The notes: a model not told the origin generated them from the letters alone. A stretch of DNA of 62,494 bases, filler included, from 11 parts of 11 records of this genome joined end to end with filler, not necessarily neighbours in it; one strand, 5' to 3'. Numbered from the whole stretch's first letter, positions 21,780 to 33,396 are shown. Made by a program: numbers and translations.

Positions 21780-22778
21780 ATGTCTGTGACAATGAAAGAT
21801 ATCGCTGCCAGAGCGCATGTTTCCATTTACACGGTTTCACGAGCTCTAAATGATAAAGACGATATCAACAAACATACCAGAGAACGTATTCTGAAAATTG
21901 CCAATGAAATGGGATATGTTCCAAATGTGCATGCTAAAAGTCTGGTAACTAAAAAAACAAACACAATAGGCCTCATTAATTCCCGCAGTATAGATCCATT
22001 TTATTTTGAAAAGTATGAAGCCATTAATGAAGTTTGTTTTCGACGCGGCTATAGCATTCTTGTGTGCAGTTCGCAGGATAAAGCAGAACGAGAGCTTGAA
22101 TATTTACAGCAGATGCAGGCCAATCGGGTAGATGGTATCCTGATTGATCCAACACAGAATGATGATCGTTATATCGATTTTCTTAAAAATTACAAGATCC
22201 CCTATGTTTTTATTAACCGACATCCGGCTTTTATGGACTGCTGCTATGTTAAAAACGATAATGTCCATGGTGGTTATATTGCTGTGAACCACTTATTAGA
22301 TAAAGGCTATAGGCAGATTACATATATCTGTGCCAAGCCAAACACAACCACCGGCCGGGAAAGAATTCAGGGATGTAAACAAGCCATCGCAGAAAGAGGG
22401 CTGTTACCAGAATCTCTGACAGTTGAAAGTTGTGAAGAGACAATCGACGCATGTTATCAACTTGTCAAAGAGCGAATTTGTGAGGAAATGAAACCGGATG
22501 CGATTTTTGTCTGGAATGACCGCCTGGCACTTGGTGCCAGAAATGCAATATATGATGCAGGCTTGTCTATCCCGGGTGATATCGCCATAATGGGTTATGA
22601 CAACATCGAGATATCCAAATATTTAACGCCTCCATTGACAACTGTTTCACAGGAATCTTACAAAATAGGCGAGTTAGCTGCACATATTTTACTGGATAAA
22701 ATTGAATCAAAAGGAGCTGAAGGGCACGATAATCAATATATTCTGAAACCAGAACTTGTAGTTCGTAATACCACATAA
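21780..22778 (+). CDS. LacI family transcriptional regulator
   Basis: TMKDIAARAHVSIYTVSRALN helix-turn-helix, YVPNVHAKSL hinge, GYDN, PPLTTV. Confidence 0.95.
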   Translation: MSVTMKDIAARAHVSIYTVSRALNDKDDINKHTRERILKIANEMGYVPNVHAKSLVTKKTNTIGLINSRSIDPFYFEKYEAINEVCFRRGYSILVCSSQDKAERELEYLQQMQANRVDGILIDPTQNDDRYIDFLKNYKIPYVFINRHPAFMDCCYVKNDNVHGGYIAVNHLLDKGYRQITYICAKPNTTTGRERIQGCKQAIAERGLLPESLTVESCEETIDACYQLVKERICEEMKPDAIFVWNDRLALGARNAIYDAGLSIPGDIAIMGYDNIEISKYLTPPLTTVSQESYKIGELAAHILLDKIESKGAEGHDNQYILKPELVVRNTT

Positions 22779-23226
22779 AATTATTTTTTTTTCATTCTGC
22801 CCTAAACGATAACGAAACCTTATTCAGGATGTATTTTTTTTATACGTTTGTTTTACTACAAAATAATGTGAGTGAAATAATTTCTTACCTGAGATCCTGT
22901 TTGTTCTTGTAATGAAAATCGTTTTATTTGTTTATTGTCTGCCACTTTAGAGGTCCTCTATAGACAATCCGAATTCAAGAACTTGATATTGAATACTCAA
23001 TACCACACTTTAGTTTTACCTGAAATGTCTAACGATTTTTTATATACAATGTTATTTTTTACTTTGCTCCTTATTGCGAACTTTCGCTGTCAACTACTGA
23101 GCCAATCTACTTGTAATATATTATCATCGATTTCTTCTGATAAGCTCTCGTTATTAATCAGAAAATTACATACACGATGAAAATACGCATCAGCATTGAG
23201 ACAATCTATTTTTTGGAGGTACACTT

Positions 23227-23313
23227 ATGATATTGGGTAAGCAACTGTCTCTTAAACCTATTGTAGTGGTATTGGTCATTATAATTATGGGATTAAATGG
23301 TTGTAAGAAAAAA
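23227..23313 (+). CDS. Lipoprotein N-terminus, truncated
   Basis: GGAGGT RBS; MILGKQLSLKPIVVVLVIIIMGLNGCKK with LNGC lipobox. Confidence 0.55.
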
Positions 23314-23413
23314 NNNNNNNNNNNNNNNNNNNNNNNNNNNNNNNNNNNNNNNNNNNNTTAATTAATTAANNNNNNNNNNNNNNNNNNNNNNNNNNNNNNN
23401 NNNNNNNNNNNNN

Positions 23414-23448
23414 CCAACAATATTCACAAATCCTGCTTTATGTGTCAT
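23414..23448 (-). CDS. era: GTPase Era, N-terminal fragment
   Basis: MTHKAGFVNIVG at the contig edge; Bacteroidota TATCTTTG -7 element at 23523-23530 on the minus strand. Confidence 0.75.
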
Positions 23449-23688
23449 TATTTTAAATTTTAGGTGCTCCTTCTCCGGCGAATAACGCAGAAGAATTCTA
23501 TATCAATTTACAAAAATCTGCGCAAAGATAATCGAATTAACGAAATGCTTTTATTTCCGACATAATATTTTGATTTTCAGCACATGACTTTAACAAAGCC
23601 TTTCTGTTGGGCAGCGCTCTGCTTTTGAATAATCAATCATTTTTGTTATATTCAAGGGTTTTGACCTTAAAAATATTAAATATACGCC

Positions 23689-25879
23689 ATGGATTCAATT
23701 GCCTTTTGGGATAAAGTTGGAATTTCTGTTCAATCGCGAAAGATTCTTCAGAAAATTCTAAAAGAAAACCCGGTATTAGAAAGTATAATTTATAACTCAA
23801 AAAATGTTGTTGAGGTTCATTCTGCAATACGCGAATGGATTACACCGATTCTAAGAAGGAATCCGGCTGCCGAACAATTTTATAAAAATAAAACACAACA
23901 ACCCGAATTAGCCGATAAATTAAGTTGGCAGGATTATGCAGCCATTCGTATTTTAGATTACATCGACCATGCCGGAGAAGAGTTTCCCGACCAAAATATT
24001 GGTGGGAAACTGGCAAAAACCAATCCGTTTAAAATGTTATGGCTAGCCGCACATAAAGGCACCAGCGGAGCAAAAGCTGCTTTCTTTAACGACATGCTTC
24101 AACTGTTTCGTCAGCTAAACGGCAAACAAAATATAAATCATCCAAGTGTAAGTAAGGTAAAAGAATGGATGAAAAGATATCCATCGGGATTGGAACCTAA
24201 TGTTGAAGAACTGCGCAAAGTAAATAAGAAACGAATTATTAAAATATTAATAGAAAAAATAGACAGCGGAGAGATTTCGAGCAACAAATATTATTTCGAC
24301 ACCGGCCTAAGTTTAAAAAAAGAAGGAAAAACTGATGAACCAGTGGTGGGAAGAAAGTAATTTCCATTTAAAATTTGCAATACGTTCGCCCGAGCTGCTA
24401 AACCAAATGCTGGATTACACCCTCACCAACGAAACGATGAAAATTCTTAAAAAGGCAAGACAAAAAGGCATCCCGTTTTTTGTTAATCCTTATTATTTAT
24501 CGTTGCTTAATTCTTACATACCAGATTATGTTGTTGGTGCCGATTTGGCTATACGGCAATATGTAATTTACAGTAAACAGTTGGTAGATGAGTTCGGAAA
24601 AATTATTGCCTGGGAAAAAGAAGACATTGTTAAACCCGGGAAACCGAATGCTGCAGGTTGGATTTTACCATCGCACAACTTGCACCGCAGATATCCGGAG
24701 GTTGCCATTTTTATTCCCGACACAGTTGGTCGCGCCTGTGGAGGACTTTGTGCCAGCTGTCAGCGCATGTACGATTTCCAAAGCGGACGTTATAATTTCA
24801 ATCTCGAAAAATTAAAACCCAAAGAATCATGGAACAAACGCCTACCCAAATTACTGGAATATTACAGGTACGACTCGCAGCTTCGCGATATTTTAATTAC
24901 CGGTGGCGATGCATTTATGAACAGTAACCAAAATTTAAAGCGAATTTTGGATGAAGTATACGAAATGACAAAAGCCAAAAAACAGGACAATGAATCGCGC
25001 CCCGATGGAGAAAAGTATGCGGAGATTTTGCGCATAAGAATTGGTACCCGATTACCGGCTTATCTCCCACAGCGAATAACTCCTGAACTAGGCGAAATTC
25101 TTGCTGAATTCAAAAATAAGGCAGAGGCAATCGGGATAAAACAATTTGTTATTCAAACGCATTTTCAATCGCCAATGGAAATTACTGCATCGTCGAAACG
25201 AGGTATCGGAATTCTACTTGATGCAGGCTGGGCAGTTACCAACCAGGTGGTATTTACAGCAGCTGCCTCACGACGCGGACACAGTGCCAAACTTCGCAGC
25301 GAATTGAACAAACTGGGCGTACTCACTTATTACACTTTCACCGTAAAAGGTTTTAAAGAAAACAAAAATAATTTTGCACCAAATGCGCGTTCTGTTCAGG
25401 AACAAAGCGAAGAAAAAATCTTTGGAACTATCCGGGAGGAAGATATGGATTTTGCAGAGAAGCTGCTTGATGATCCCAAAAACCTGGTTGCCAATATTGA
25501 ATTACTTCATAAAAAAACACAACTACCATTTCTTGCCACCGACCGCAGTATTATTAATCTTCCGGGAGTTGGCAAAAGCTCTACATTCCGCACTATTGGA
25601 ATAACACGCTACGGACGGCGGATACTGGAATTCGACCACGATACATGCCGCTCTCACAGTCCGATTATCAACAAAATGGGCAAGGTTATAATTATTGAAT
25701 CGAAATCGATTACTGAATACCTGGAACAGTTGGAGGAAATGGGTGAAAAGAAAAAAGACTATACCGGCGTTTATGGATACTCTATTGGACAAACCGAACC
25801 GCGAATGGGCATGTACGAATACCCGGAATACGACTACAAGTTAACCGATGAGTATACAAATTTGGAAATTACTGAATAG
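23689..25879 (+). CDS. Long KamA-family radical SAM protein, frameshift at A run near 24320
   Basis: IPFFVNPYYLSL, HRRYPEVAI, CGGLCASCQR (CX3CX2C), RDILITGGD, RIGTRLP. Confidence 0.85.
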
Positions 25880-25883
25880 AATA

Positions 25884-25910
25884 GCTTGATCTCTCAAAGT
25901 GGAATCAAGC
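25884..25910. terminator. Hairpin between convergent genes
   Basis: GCTTGAT-N13-ATCAAGC. Confidence 0.4.
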
Positions 25911-25915
25911 GGATG

Positions 25916-26692
25916 CTACCGATTTTCTTTAACGTATTGCATTACCTTGTAAAAGGTATCGTTATAGAAATCATCGGAATTATCTTGAATAAATTGCAGT
26001 AATTTTTTATGCTCTTCTGCTCCGGTATTTAAATATCCTCCGCCAACGCTATGAAAAGTAAAAACCACAATCGTTCCTTTTTCTAGAGCCTCGCGGGCAT
26101 AAGCAATTAATTCTGATGAAGTTGGGTCGACTACGCCTTTGGCCGGCACGCGGTAGAGTTCAATATCTCTTACATCGTCAGGTATTGGGCCACCCATGCG
26201 GGCCACCCCGAATATTTCAACAATGTCGTTGGTAAAATCTTCGCCACCAGCCATGTAATCGCCACAAGTGTAGGCGTAGCTTCGGTGCTCTTTTCCGTCG
26301 ATGGCTTTTAGCAGTGTATTAGCGGTTTTTATCTCGGCAACAATTTGTGCCCTGGTATATTTATTTATATCATATTCGGGTTTTACCCAGTCGAGCCGCT
26401 CGCCATCGCAAGGATGAAAAAGGGTGTGATTTCCCAGTTCGTGACCGTTTTGCGCAATTGCCCGCCATTCATCGGTTCGTTTGTACAAACTTTGCGAATT
26501 GCCCGAACAATAAAAAGTTCCTTTAAAACCAAATTCATCCAGTTGAGGAACGGCAACATCGAGGTGGCAATCCAAAGCATCGTCGTAAGTAAATACTATT
26601 GCTGCCTTTTTTCCATTGGGCCATTTAAATTGTGCATTGGAATTTGCGATCCCAATTCCCAAAATCAGAAGTAAAGTTAGTATGGTTTTCAT
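25916..26692 (-). CDS. Polysaccharide deacetylase (CE4/NodB fold), secreted
   Basis: Signal peptide; FTYDD, GHELGNHT, FTFHSV. Confidence 0.88.
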   Translation of the reverse strand: MKTILTLLLILGIGIANSNAQFKWPNGKKAAIVFTYDDALDCHLDVAVPQLDEFGFKGTFYCSGNSQSLYKRTDEWRAIAQNGHELGNHTLFHPCDGERLDWVKPEYDINKYTRAQIVAEIKTANTLLKAIDGKEHRSYAYTCGDYMAGGEDFTNDIVEIFGVARMGGPIPDDVRDIELYRVPAKGVVDPTSSELIAYAREALEKGTIVVFTFHSVGGGYLNTGAEEHKKLLQFIQDNSDDFYNDTFYKVMQYVKENR

Positions 26693-27552
26693 ATCTCAAG
26701 ATCTTGAATTAACTCTTCACCCAAAGTTCCTGAACCTATCTCACGAACCTCGCCGGTCATACGAATTTCCCAATCTTCATCAATTTCGATGGCAAGATTT
26801 CCTCCGGGCATTTTTATGGTGAGTTTACGTTCGGTTAAACCGCGCTTTACTACTGCACAAGCCACCGCACACGACGAACTTCCTGAAGCCAGTGTCCATC
26901 CCGCGCCCCGTTCCCAAATCAGCACTTCCACCTCGTTAGGCGAAACTACTTTGGCAAACTGCACATTAATCCGGTTCGGGAACATTGCATGGTTTTCAAT
27001 TTCAGAACCGTAAGTTTTTATCTCTGTTTCGTCTAAATCGTCTTTCAAAACAACACAATGTGGGTTGCCTACCGAAACACAATTAATTTCGTATTCGCGA
27101 TCTTTCAGCTCCAACGTTTCGCCAATACATTCTTCTTTATCGCAGTTAACCGGAACTTTTTTCGATTCGAAAATAGCCTTGCCCATATCCACTTTTATTT
27201 TGAAAGCTTTGCCATTATTTTCTTCAATAACTTCGGCTTTTACCAATCCGCCAAGGGTTTCAATGCTAAACGATTTTTCTTTTGCAAATCCATAATCGTA
27301 CAAATACTTGGCAAAAATGCGCAGTCCGTTGCCACTTTTCTCGGCTTCCGAACCATCCGGATTTAAAATACGCAAACCAAAGTCGGCTTTCTCGCTCGGA
27401 ACTTTCAAAAGAATACCGTCAGATCCAATTCCGAAATGCACATCGCAAATACGAATGATAGCTTTTTCAGTAAGTTCAAAAGAAATTTTGTCTTGATTAA
27501 GTGTTATATAGTCGTTTCCCAGACCGTGTGATTTTACAAAGAAGTTTTGCAT
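26689..27552 (-). CDS. dapF: Diaminopimelate epimerase
   Basis: KSHGLGNDY, GIGSDG, NPDGSEAEKSGNG, VGNPH, ERGAGWTLASGS; Ser appears where the catalytic Cys residues are usual. TACATTTG -7 element at 27572-27579 on the minus strand. Confidence 0.85.
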   Translation of the reverse strand: MQNFFVKSHGLGNDYITLNQDKISFELTEKAIIRICDVHFGIGSDGILLKVPSEKADFGLRILNPDGSEAEKSGNGLRIFAKYLYDYGFAKEKSFSIETLGGLVKAEVIEENNGKAFKIKVDMGKAIFESKKVPVNCDKEECIGETLELKDREYEINCVSVGNPHCVVLKDDLDETEIKTYGSEIENHAMFPNRINVQFAKVVSPNEVEVLIWERGAGWTLASGSSSCAVACAVVKRGLTERKLTIKMPGGNLAIEIDEDWEIRMTGEVREIGSGTLGEELIQDLEI

Positions 27553-27667
27553 AGCGTTAAAAGATTTTAGGCAAATGTATTAAACGAAAAGGAAAACTGA
27601 TATGATGAAAGGTGGATTTTTAACTGGACTTTTAATTATGGCAAGCTTTGATTCCTAAAAAGTATTC

Positions 27668-27742
27668 CGTAATTTTACGACACGTAATTTTACGACACGC
27701 CAAATTGCGACACGTAATTTTACGACACGTAATTTTACGATA
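27668..27742. repeat. 5 x 15-bp tandem palindromic array
   Basis: CGTAATTTTACGACA x2, CGCCAAATTGCGACA, CGTAATTTTACGACA, CGTAATTTTACGATA; the last A is the A of the next ATG. Confidence 0.95.
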
Positions 27743-28885
27743 TGAGTATAATACATGATAATCCATTTAAGTATGGTAGTGTTGTTGACAAAGAAGCATT
27801 TTGCAACAGAACAGAAGAAATAAGTCAGCTAAAATCGTATATAAGAAATAGTCATTCTCTTTGGTTATATTCTCCGCGGCGATATGGCAAAACATCATTG
27901 ATTAAAAAGGTTTTTCACGAATTAAACGATGTAAAAACCATTTATGTTGACTTATACAATGTGAAAAGTATCGACGATTTTTGCAAACGTTATTCCAAAC
28001 TTATTGCAAACGAATTATTCGATTGGAAAGACAATATAAAAAGTCTGTCAGAAAAATTTGCACAAAGTTTTAAAGGCTTAAAACCATCTGTTGTTTTCGA
28101 CGAAAATGGCAATCCTTCTTTTTCGTTGCAAATAGATAAGGTTGATAAACAAGCAGATGTTGAAACGATTCTTGACATACCTAATGAAATAAGCAAAAAG
28201 AACAAACAAAAAATCTGCATTGCCTTCGACGAATTAGGAAACCAAACGTATCGATCCCTTTCTTATAAATTGGATGCGCTCAGCCTTTCAATTTCATGAA
28301 AATATTGCATATATTTTTCTTGGAAGCAAACAATCGCTAATGGAATCTATTTTTTCGTCGTACAATTCTCCGTTTTATGAATTCGGAATTAAGATGAAAA
28401 TCAATCCAATAAAAAATAAAGAATTAGATGAATTCATGCGCAAACACTTTAACAGCCGCAATATCGATATAAAACAACACGTTCTCAATAAAATACTGGA
28501 AATCTCCGAAGGACATCCACACTACACCCAATTATTTGCATCAGAAATTTTTTATCTTATCCTGGCAGGAAACAACCAAAATGATGAAAAATTTAACGAC
28601 TTATGGTTAACGAAAATCATAAACGGGCAATCAGACATTTTTCAGAATATTTATGACCAATTATCGAATACGCAAAGAACTGTTTTGCAAGTTTTAGCGA
28701 TAAAAAATAGTAACGAAGAACTTTATTCTTCGAAAACAAGGGAGCATTATGGTCTTCCTGTTAGCTCAACTTTAAATACGACATTAAACGGACTTGTAAA
28801 AAAAGACTTAATCACAAAAAATGAAAAATACTACCACTTGGTGAATCCCATTTTTAGAGAGTGGTTAAGAACATTAAGCTGCTAG
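27742..28885 (+). CDS. Archaeal-ATPase-like P-loop ATPase with probable C-terminal winged helix, frameshift near 28235
   Basis: NPFKYG..V....FCNR, SPRRYGKTS, AFDE then (FQE)TKRIDP..MRSAFQ, FLGSK, GHPHYTQ, NPIFREWL. Confidence 0.85.
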
Positions 28886-29044
28886 ATCCATTCTTATTGC
28901 ATTAAATAAATCTAAATAAGGGTTAAGCTGCTATCGCTCAAAAANNNNNNNNNNNNNNNNNNNNNNNNNNNNNNNNNNNNNNNNNNNNTTAATTAATTAA
29001 NNNNNNNNNNNNNNNNNNNNNNNNNNNNNNNNNNNNNNNNNNNN

Positions 29045-31160
29045 ATCAATTTCTGTTGTTCCAGAATATGAGACATTGTTGGTTGATACAACTTTCCCGC
29101 TTGAATTATATATTACTAATGAAGCATTTTTATCTGTAATTTCCATATTGGTTTTAACCTTTAACAAGGAAGATACAGGATTCGGATAAATGCTATAGCT
29201 TACATTTTCATCAATACCCCAAGGGGTTCCCGTTACTGATTCGGCAACAATTGTTGAGTCAGAATAAAAACCGAAATTAATATTATCAACCGATTGCAAG
29301 TCATTTGTTATTGAAATTTCTTTGGGAGCGCTTTGCGTAAATCCAGGTTTATCAATCGATATAAGGTACGTGCCATCAATCAGATTGTCGAAAGAGTAAC
29401 TTCCCTCCGACGTTGGAGAACAGGAGCTATTGATGATTTGATCGCTTTTATTTTCAAGCACTAATGTTACATCATCGAAGAACTCCTCAGAAACAAAGCT
29501 TCCCGATTTTGCTTCTTCTTTAGATAACAGGCCGGAGATACTTTTTGTTCCTGTAAGTAATGGAAGCTCAATCCTGTTTAATTCAATATTTCTGACTGTA
29601 TCAGACGAGCTTACTTCAATTATCGTTGCATTCTGCCAATACGGTGTATTGTCGTAGTAAGTGGGAATATTCCTATGGTCATAACTATCCTGTGGAATGT
29701 ATGCTATAATATAACTGCCGTCGTTTATATTTTCAAATTCAAAATTTAAGTCAGCACCTACAGTTGTAATATCAGCAACTCCATTCAAATGTTCTTCGCT
29801 ATGGTTAAAAAGCATGCAATAACCTTCAGCAGGGCCATCGTTAGAAGTAATTATTCTTCCTGATAAATAATTTGAAGAATTTGGGTTTAATACCAAAACA
29901 GCAGCACATTCGGCAGGAGGAGTAGTGTTATTTCCCACGTTTGCATCGTCGGTATTTATTATTGCTCCAAGGAAATATAAACCAGGCGCTAAATCGTTAG
30001 GTAATGTTGGTTTGTTGGAGGGCATGTAATGGGCACTGTAAAGTGCATTCATACTAACTTGTCCGGTGCTGTAGGTTTTTAACTTGGTGTCGTTTGTGTC
30101 AATAACATCATCAGTCGATAGGTAGATGTCAATGCCAACTTCACCCGAAAAAGCCGATTCAGAATAATTATGAAGGAAAAAAATGAATTCATTAAATGGA
30201 TCAGAAGCATTAATAATTCCAGGCTCTACAGAAAGATGCAGTGGCATAATGTCCGGTTGGTCTGGTGTGTCATTTGCAATAATCGAAGAAATAGTATTGT
30301 ATTTTTCGCTGGTAATTCGGGTTGCACCATCATACATGGTAACAACATCATCAACTTTTACACTTGCCCAGTGCGAGATAATGCCATGACAAGCTGCGCT
30401 GGAATTATAATATGGCGCGCCCGGAATTAAATCTTTATAGGGTTTAAAATAAATTCCTTTATCTAAAACCATATCGGCGTTGGCTGTATGCTTGTGAAAA
30501 GTTAGTTCGTTATTGTCGTTTGGTTCAAGGGCTGTTACATAAAGAGTATTCGTGTTGTAGTAACTATCTTCAGTATAACCATACCCCATCCAACCGATAA
30601 TGGCTCCTAAAGGACGAGTGAGAGTTACCAGTGCCATATTATTTTGGTAATCGTTTGAATCAGTCCCAAATAAATAAATATCAGTAGCCTCTGCATAACC
30701 GAGATCGTCGAGTATTTTATACCCATCCATTGATGTAAACTTTAATTTTCCAGTGAGTGTTTTCTAATTCGTAGTATTGGGCTCCACCAACTAATACATG
30801 TTTCGGATCAATAAGAACCGATGGATTGATAATATCCTTTTCTGTATTATGTGCAAACAGAATAGTTCTTTCCGGGTAAACCGGATTTTTTTCAATTATT
30901 TCAGGAAGATCCAGACTTTTAAGGTGTTTGTCAATTGTGTAAGCATTTGAAATTGCTCCCTCTGAACCTGAAGTATTGGCAAATACCGGAATATTTACCT
31001 GAGAACGCTCAACTTCCCATATTTCTTGGTTTTGAGTTCTTAGATCTACATGTTTTACAAATAATTTCTCGGTACTTTTTAGTTCGGCAAAGTTGGTTAC
31101 TTGTGCATGTGTCATAGAAAAACAAAGCACAATAATAAACAAAGGTAAAAGTTTGCTCAT
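29045..31160 (-). CDS. T9SS-secreted multidomain protein (degenerate trypsin-like domain, CARDB/Ig-like domains, T9SS CTD), frameshift near 30725, 3'-truncated
   Basis: Signal peptide; VLIDPKHVL; IYLSTDDVIDTND; YSIYPNPVSS...IYNSSGK CTD; TATATTTG -7 element at 31212-31219 on the minus strand. Confidence 0.75.
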
Positions 31161-31316
31161 GATGTAGGTAGTTTAATAAGTTAATAGATAGAATGTTGTG
31201 CCCCGATTTTACAAATATAAGTTACGGATTATTGTGGAGAAAAAGAAAAGAAGTGTAAAAAGAAATTGCTAAGCTTTTGTCTTGGAGAGAAAAAGGATTT
31301 AATACAGTTGGGGGAG

Positions 31317-33396
31317 TTAGTTAACAATTTTCATGTAGCCTTTTCCTGCTTTAAAAGGAAGTGTAAACCAGAATTGAGAACCTTTGTCAACCGTTGAGGT
31401 AAATTGGAGTTCGCCTCCCATTAAAGAAATGTAGTGTTGGGCAATTGACAATCCAATACCAGAGCCTGAAGTGGTTTCGTTTATGTGGTTTGGTATTCTG
31501 TAAAAACGGCTAAAAATATTTTCGAATTCTTCTTTTGGAATTCCTATTCCGGTGTCGTTAATAATAAATTTAATTTCGTCGTTTCTTATCATTTCGAAAC
31601 CGAAAGTAACTACGCCGTTAAGTGTGTATTTTACTGCATTATCGAGTAAAATGGTAAGCGCTTCTTTTAGTAAATTGTTATCGGTCTCAAAACCAAATTC
31701 AGGGGTGGCAACATCGAGGCTAAGGTTTATACGAACATTTTTTGTGTCGGGGATGTTAGGCGAAAATTCATTATAAATATCGCGCACCAATGAGTTTACT
31801 TTGCAGAATGAGTTTTGGATGCTGACAGATTGTGTTTCAATTTTAGAAAGATGAACAGTGTTGTCAATCATGTTGAGCAACTGTTTGCCGTTTTCTGTAA
31901 TTGCATCGGTAAACTCCATTCGTTCGTACCCCGTTAAATCCGGATCGGCCAACATTCTGGTAAAGTTGGTAATTATATTCATCGGGGTTTTAATTTCGTG
32001 CGAAAGGTTAGCCAGGAATGCCGATTTCAAACGGGTTGATTCTTCTGCCTTGTTCTTAGCTTTTTCTAATCCAAATTCGGCAGTCTTACGTTTTGTAATA
32101 TCGCGGGCCACCGAAATAACAGCCTGCTCGTTTAGTTTTGCCAAACGCATTTCGAAAAAGAATGTTCCGTTTGGTGTATTCATCGAGTACTCAATGCTTT
32201 CTATTGAATTGGCTTTTATACAATGTTGAATGCACGAGTAAATTTTGTTGGCCATATTGTCGGGAAATCCGGCCTTAAAAATAGAACTTCCAATAATATT
32301 GGCATCCTCCATTTTAAACAGATCCCCTTCTTTAATGACAAAATCTTCATAAATACCATCTTTATCTATAACAAAAAAGATATCTGGAATTGCTTCTAAT
32401 AATACTTTGTAGCGACGTTTGCTTGCTTCCAGATCGGCAATTTGTTTTTTTGTTTTTGTAATGTCTTCAAAAATTAAATAATACAGGTTGTAACTTGGAT
32501 TCAGAATTTGAATTTTAAACCACCTGTCTGTGTTTTTATCGTGAAGCTCAGTACTGCTTTTTTTGCTAAAAAGAGAATGTTATTAATGTCGAGCTGACCT
32601 TTGAAAATAAGATTGAAAACATAATCAGCTTCTTGCCCTTGTACTTCGTATAGGTTTAATTTAAATGCCGACTCGAATGCATTGTTTACTTTATCAATAA
32701 GCAATTTTTCAATATTGCCACCTTCGTCTCGCTCTGCTGTAATACGCGAAATCATAAACGACGAATTCTGTAGTACCTTATTAACACTTTCGCTGTTGGC
32801 CTGCAAAGTACTTTCTAATTTTTCAACAGTAGTTACAAATTTTTTCCGCAGGTAAAATGTAGGAAAAAAGAATGCTGCAATTATCAGCAAAGGATTTGTT
32901 ACAACAGGAGTAAAATAGGAAAAGGAATCGCTTAAATGCCCCCCGGCGTACAATTGATATCCGGTAAATGCCAAAGAAATAAAGAAGAAAAGAATAATCT
33001 TGTTTTCTTTCTCAGCAAAAAAATACAGATAAAGTAATCCCCCAATCAGCCACCAGGTAGTGTAGTGAATTGTTTCAATAGGAGACGGATGCGAGCTAAA
33101 TTGGGCAATATAATATCCGTAAAGAATTATCGGAATTGAAAAGACTAGGCTAACTGCACAGCTTTTTTTCCATTAAGGATGCAGAAAATAGCTAAAACCG
33201 ATATGGCAACCGATATAACAGAGCAGGGTAAGCAACCATTAAAAGAAGTAAAGAATAGGTTGACTATAAGTGCAGAAAGAGTTATGCCTCCAATTATTAT
33301 CCAAATAATTAAAAGCTGAAAGAGCTGCTTCTTTTTCAATTCAGTAGTGGCTGCCCAGAATTTATCCGATAATATTTTAGATAGTTTTGTTAACAA
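31317..33396 (-). CDS. Membrane PAS-domain sensor histidine kinase, two frameshifts (near 33165 and 32570)
   Basis: Rejoined frames give TM helices, PAS (LLEAIPDIFFVIDKDG), FLANLSHEIKTPMN, LLDNAVKYT, DTGIGI, GSGIGLSI. Confidence 0.85.

Noticed and set aside
22935..23180. Short ORFs in AT-rich intergenic regions (also 3925-4143, 14273-14515, 36744-36926)
   Set aside because: No RBS or protein-like features
27668..27742. 15-bp array as a CRISPR array or coding repeat
   Set aside because: No spacers, no cas genes, and in-frame stops relative to the downstream gene
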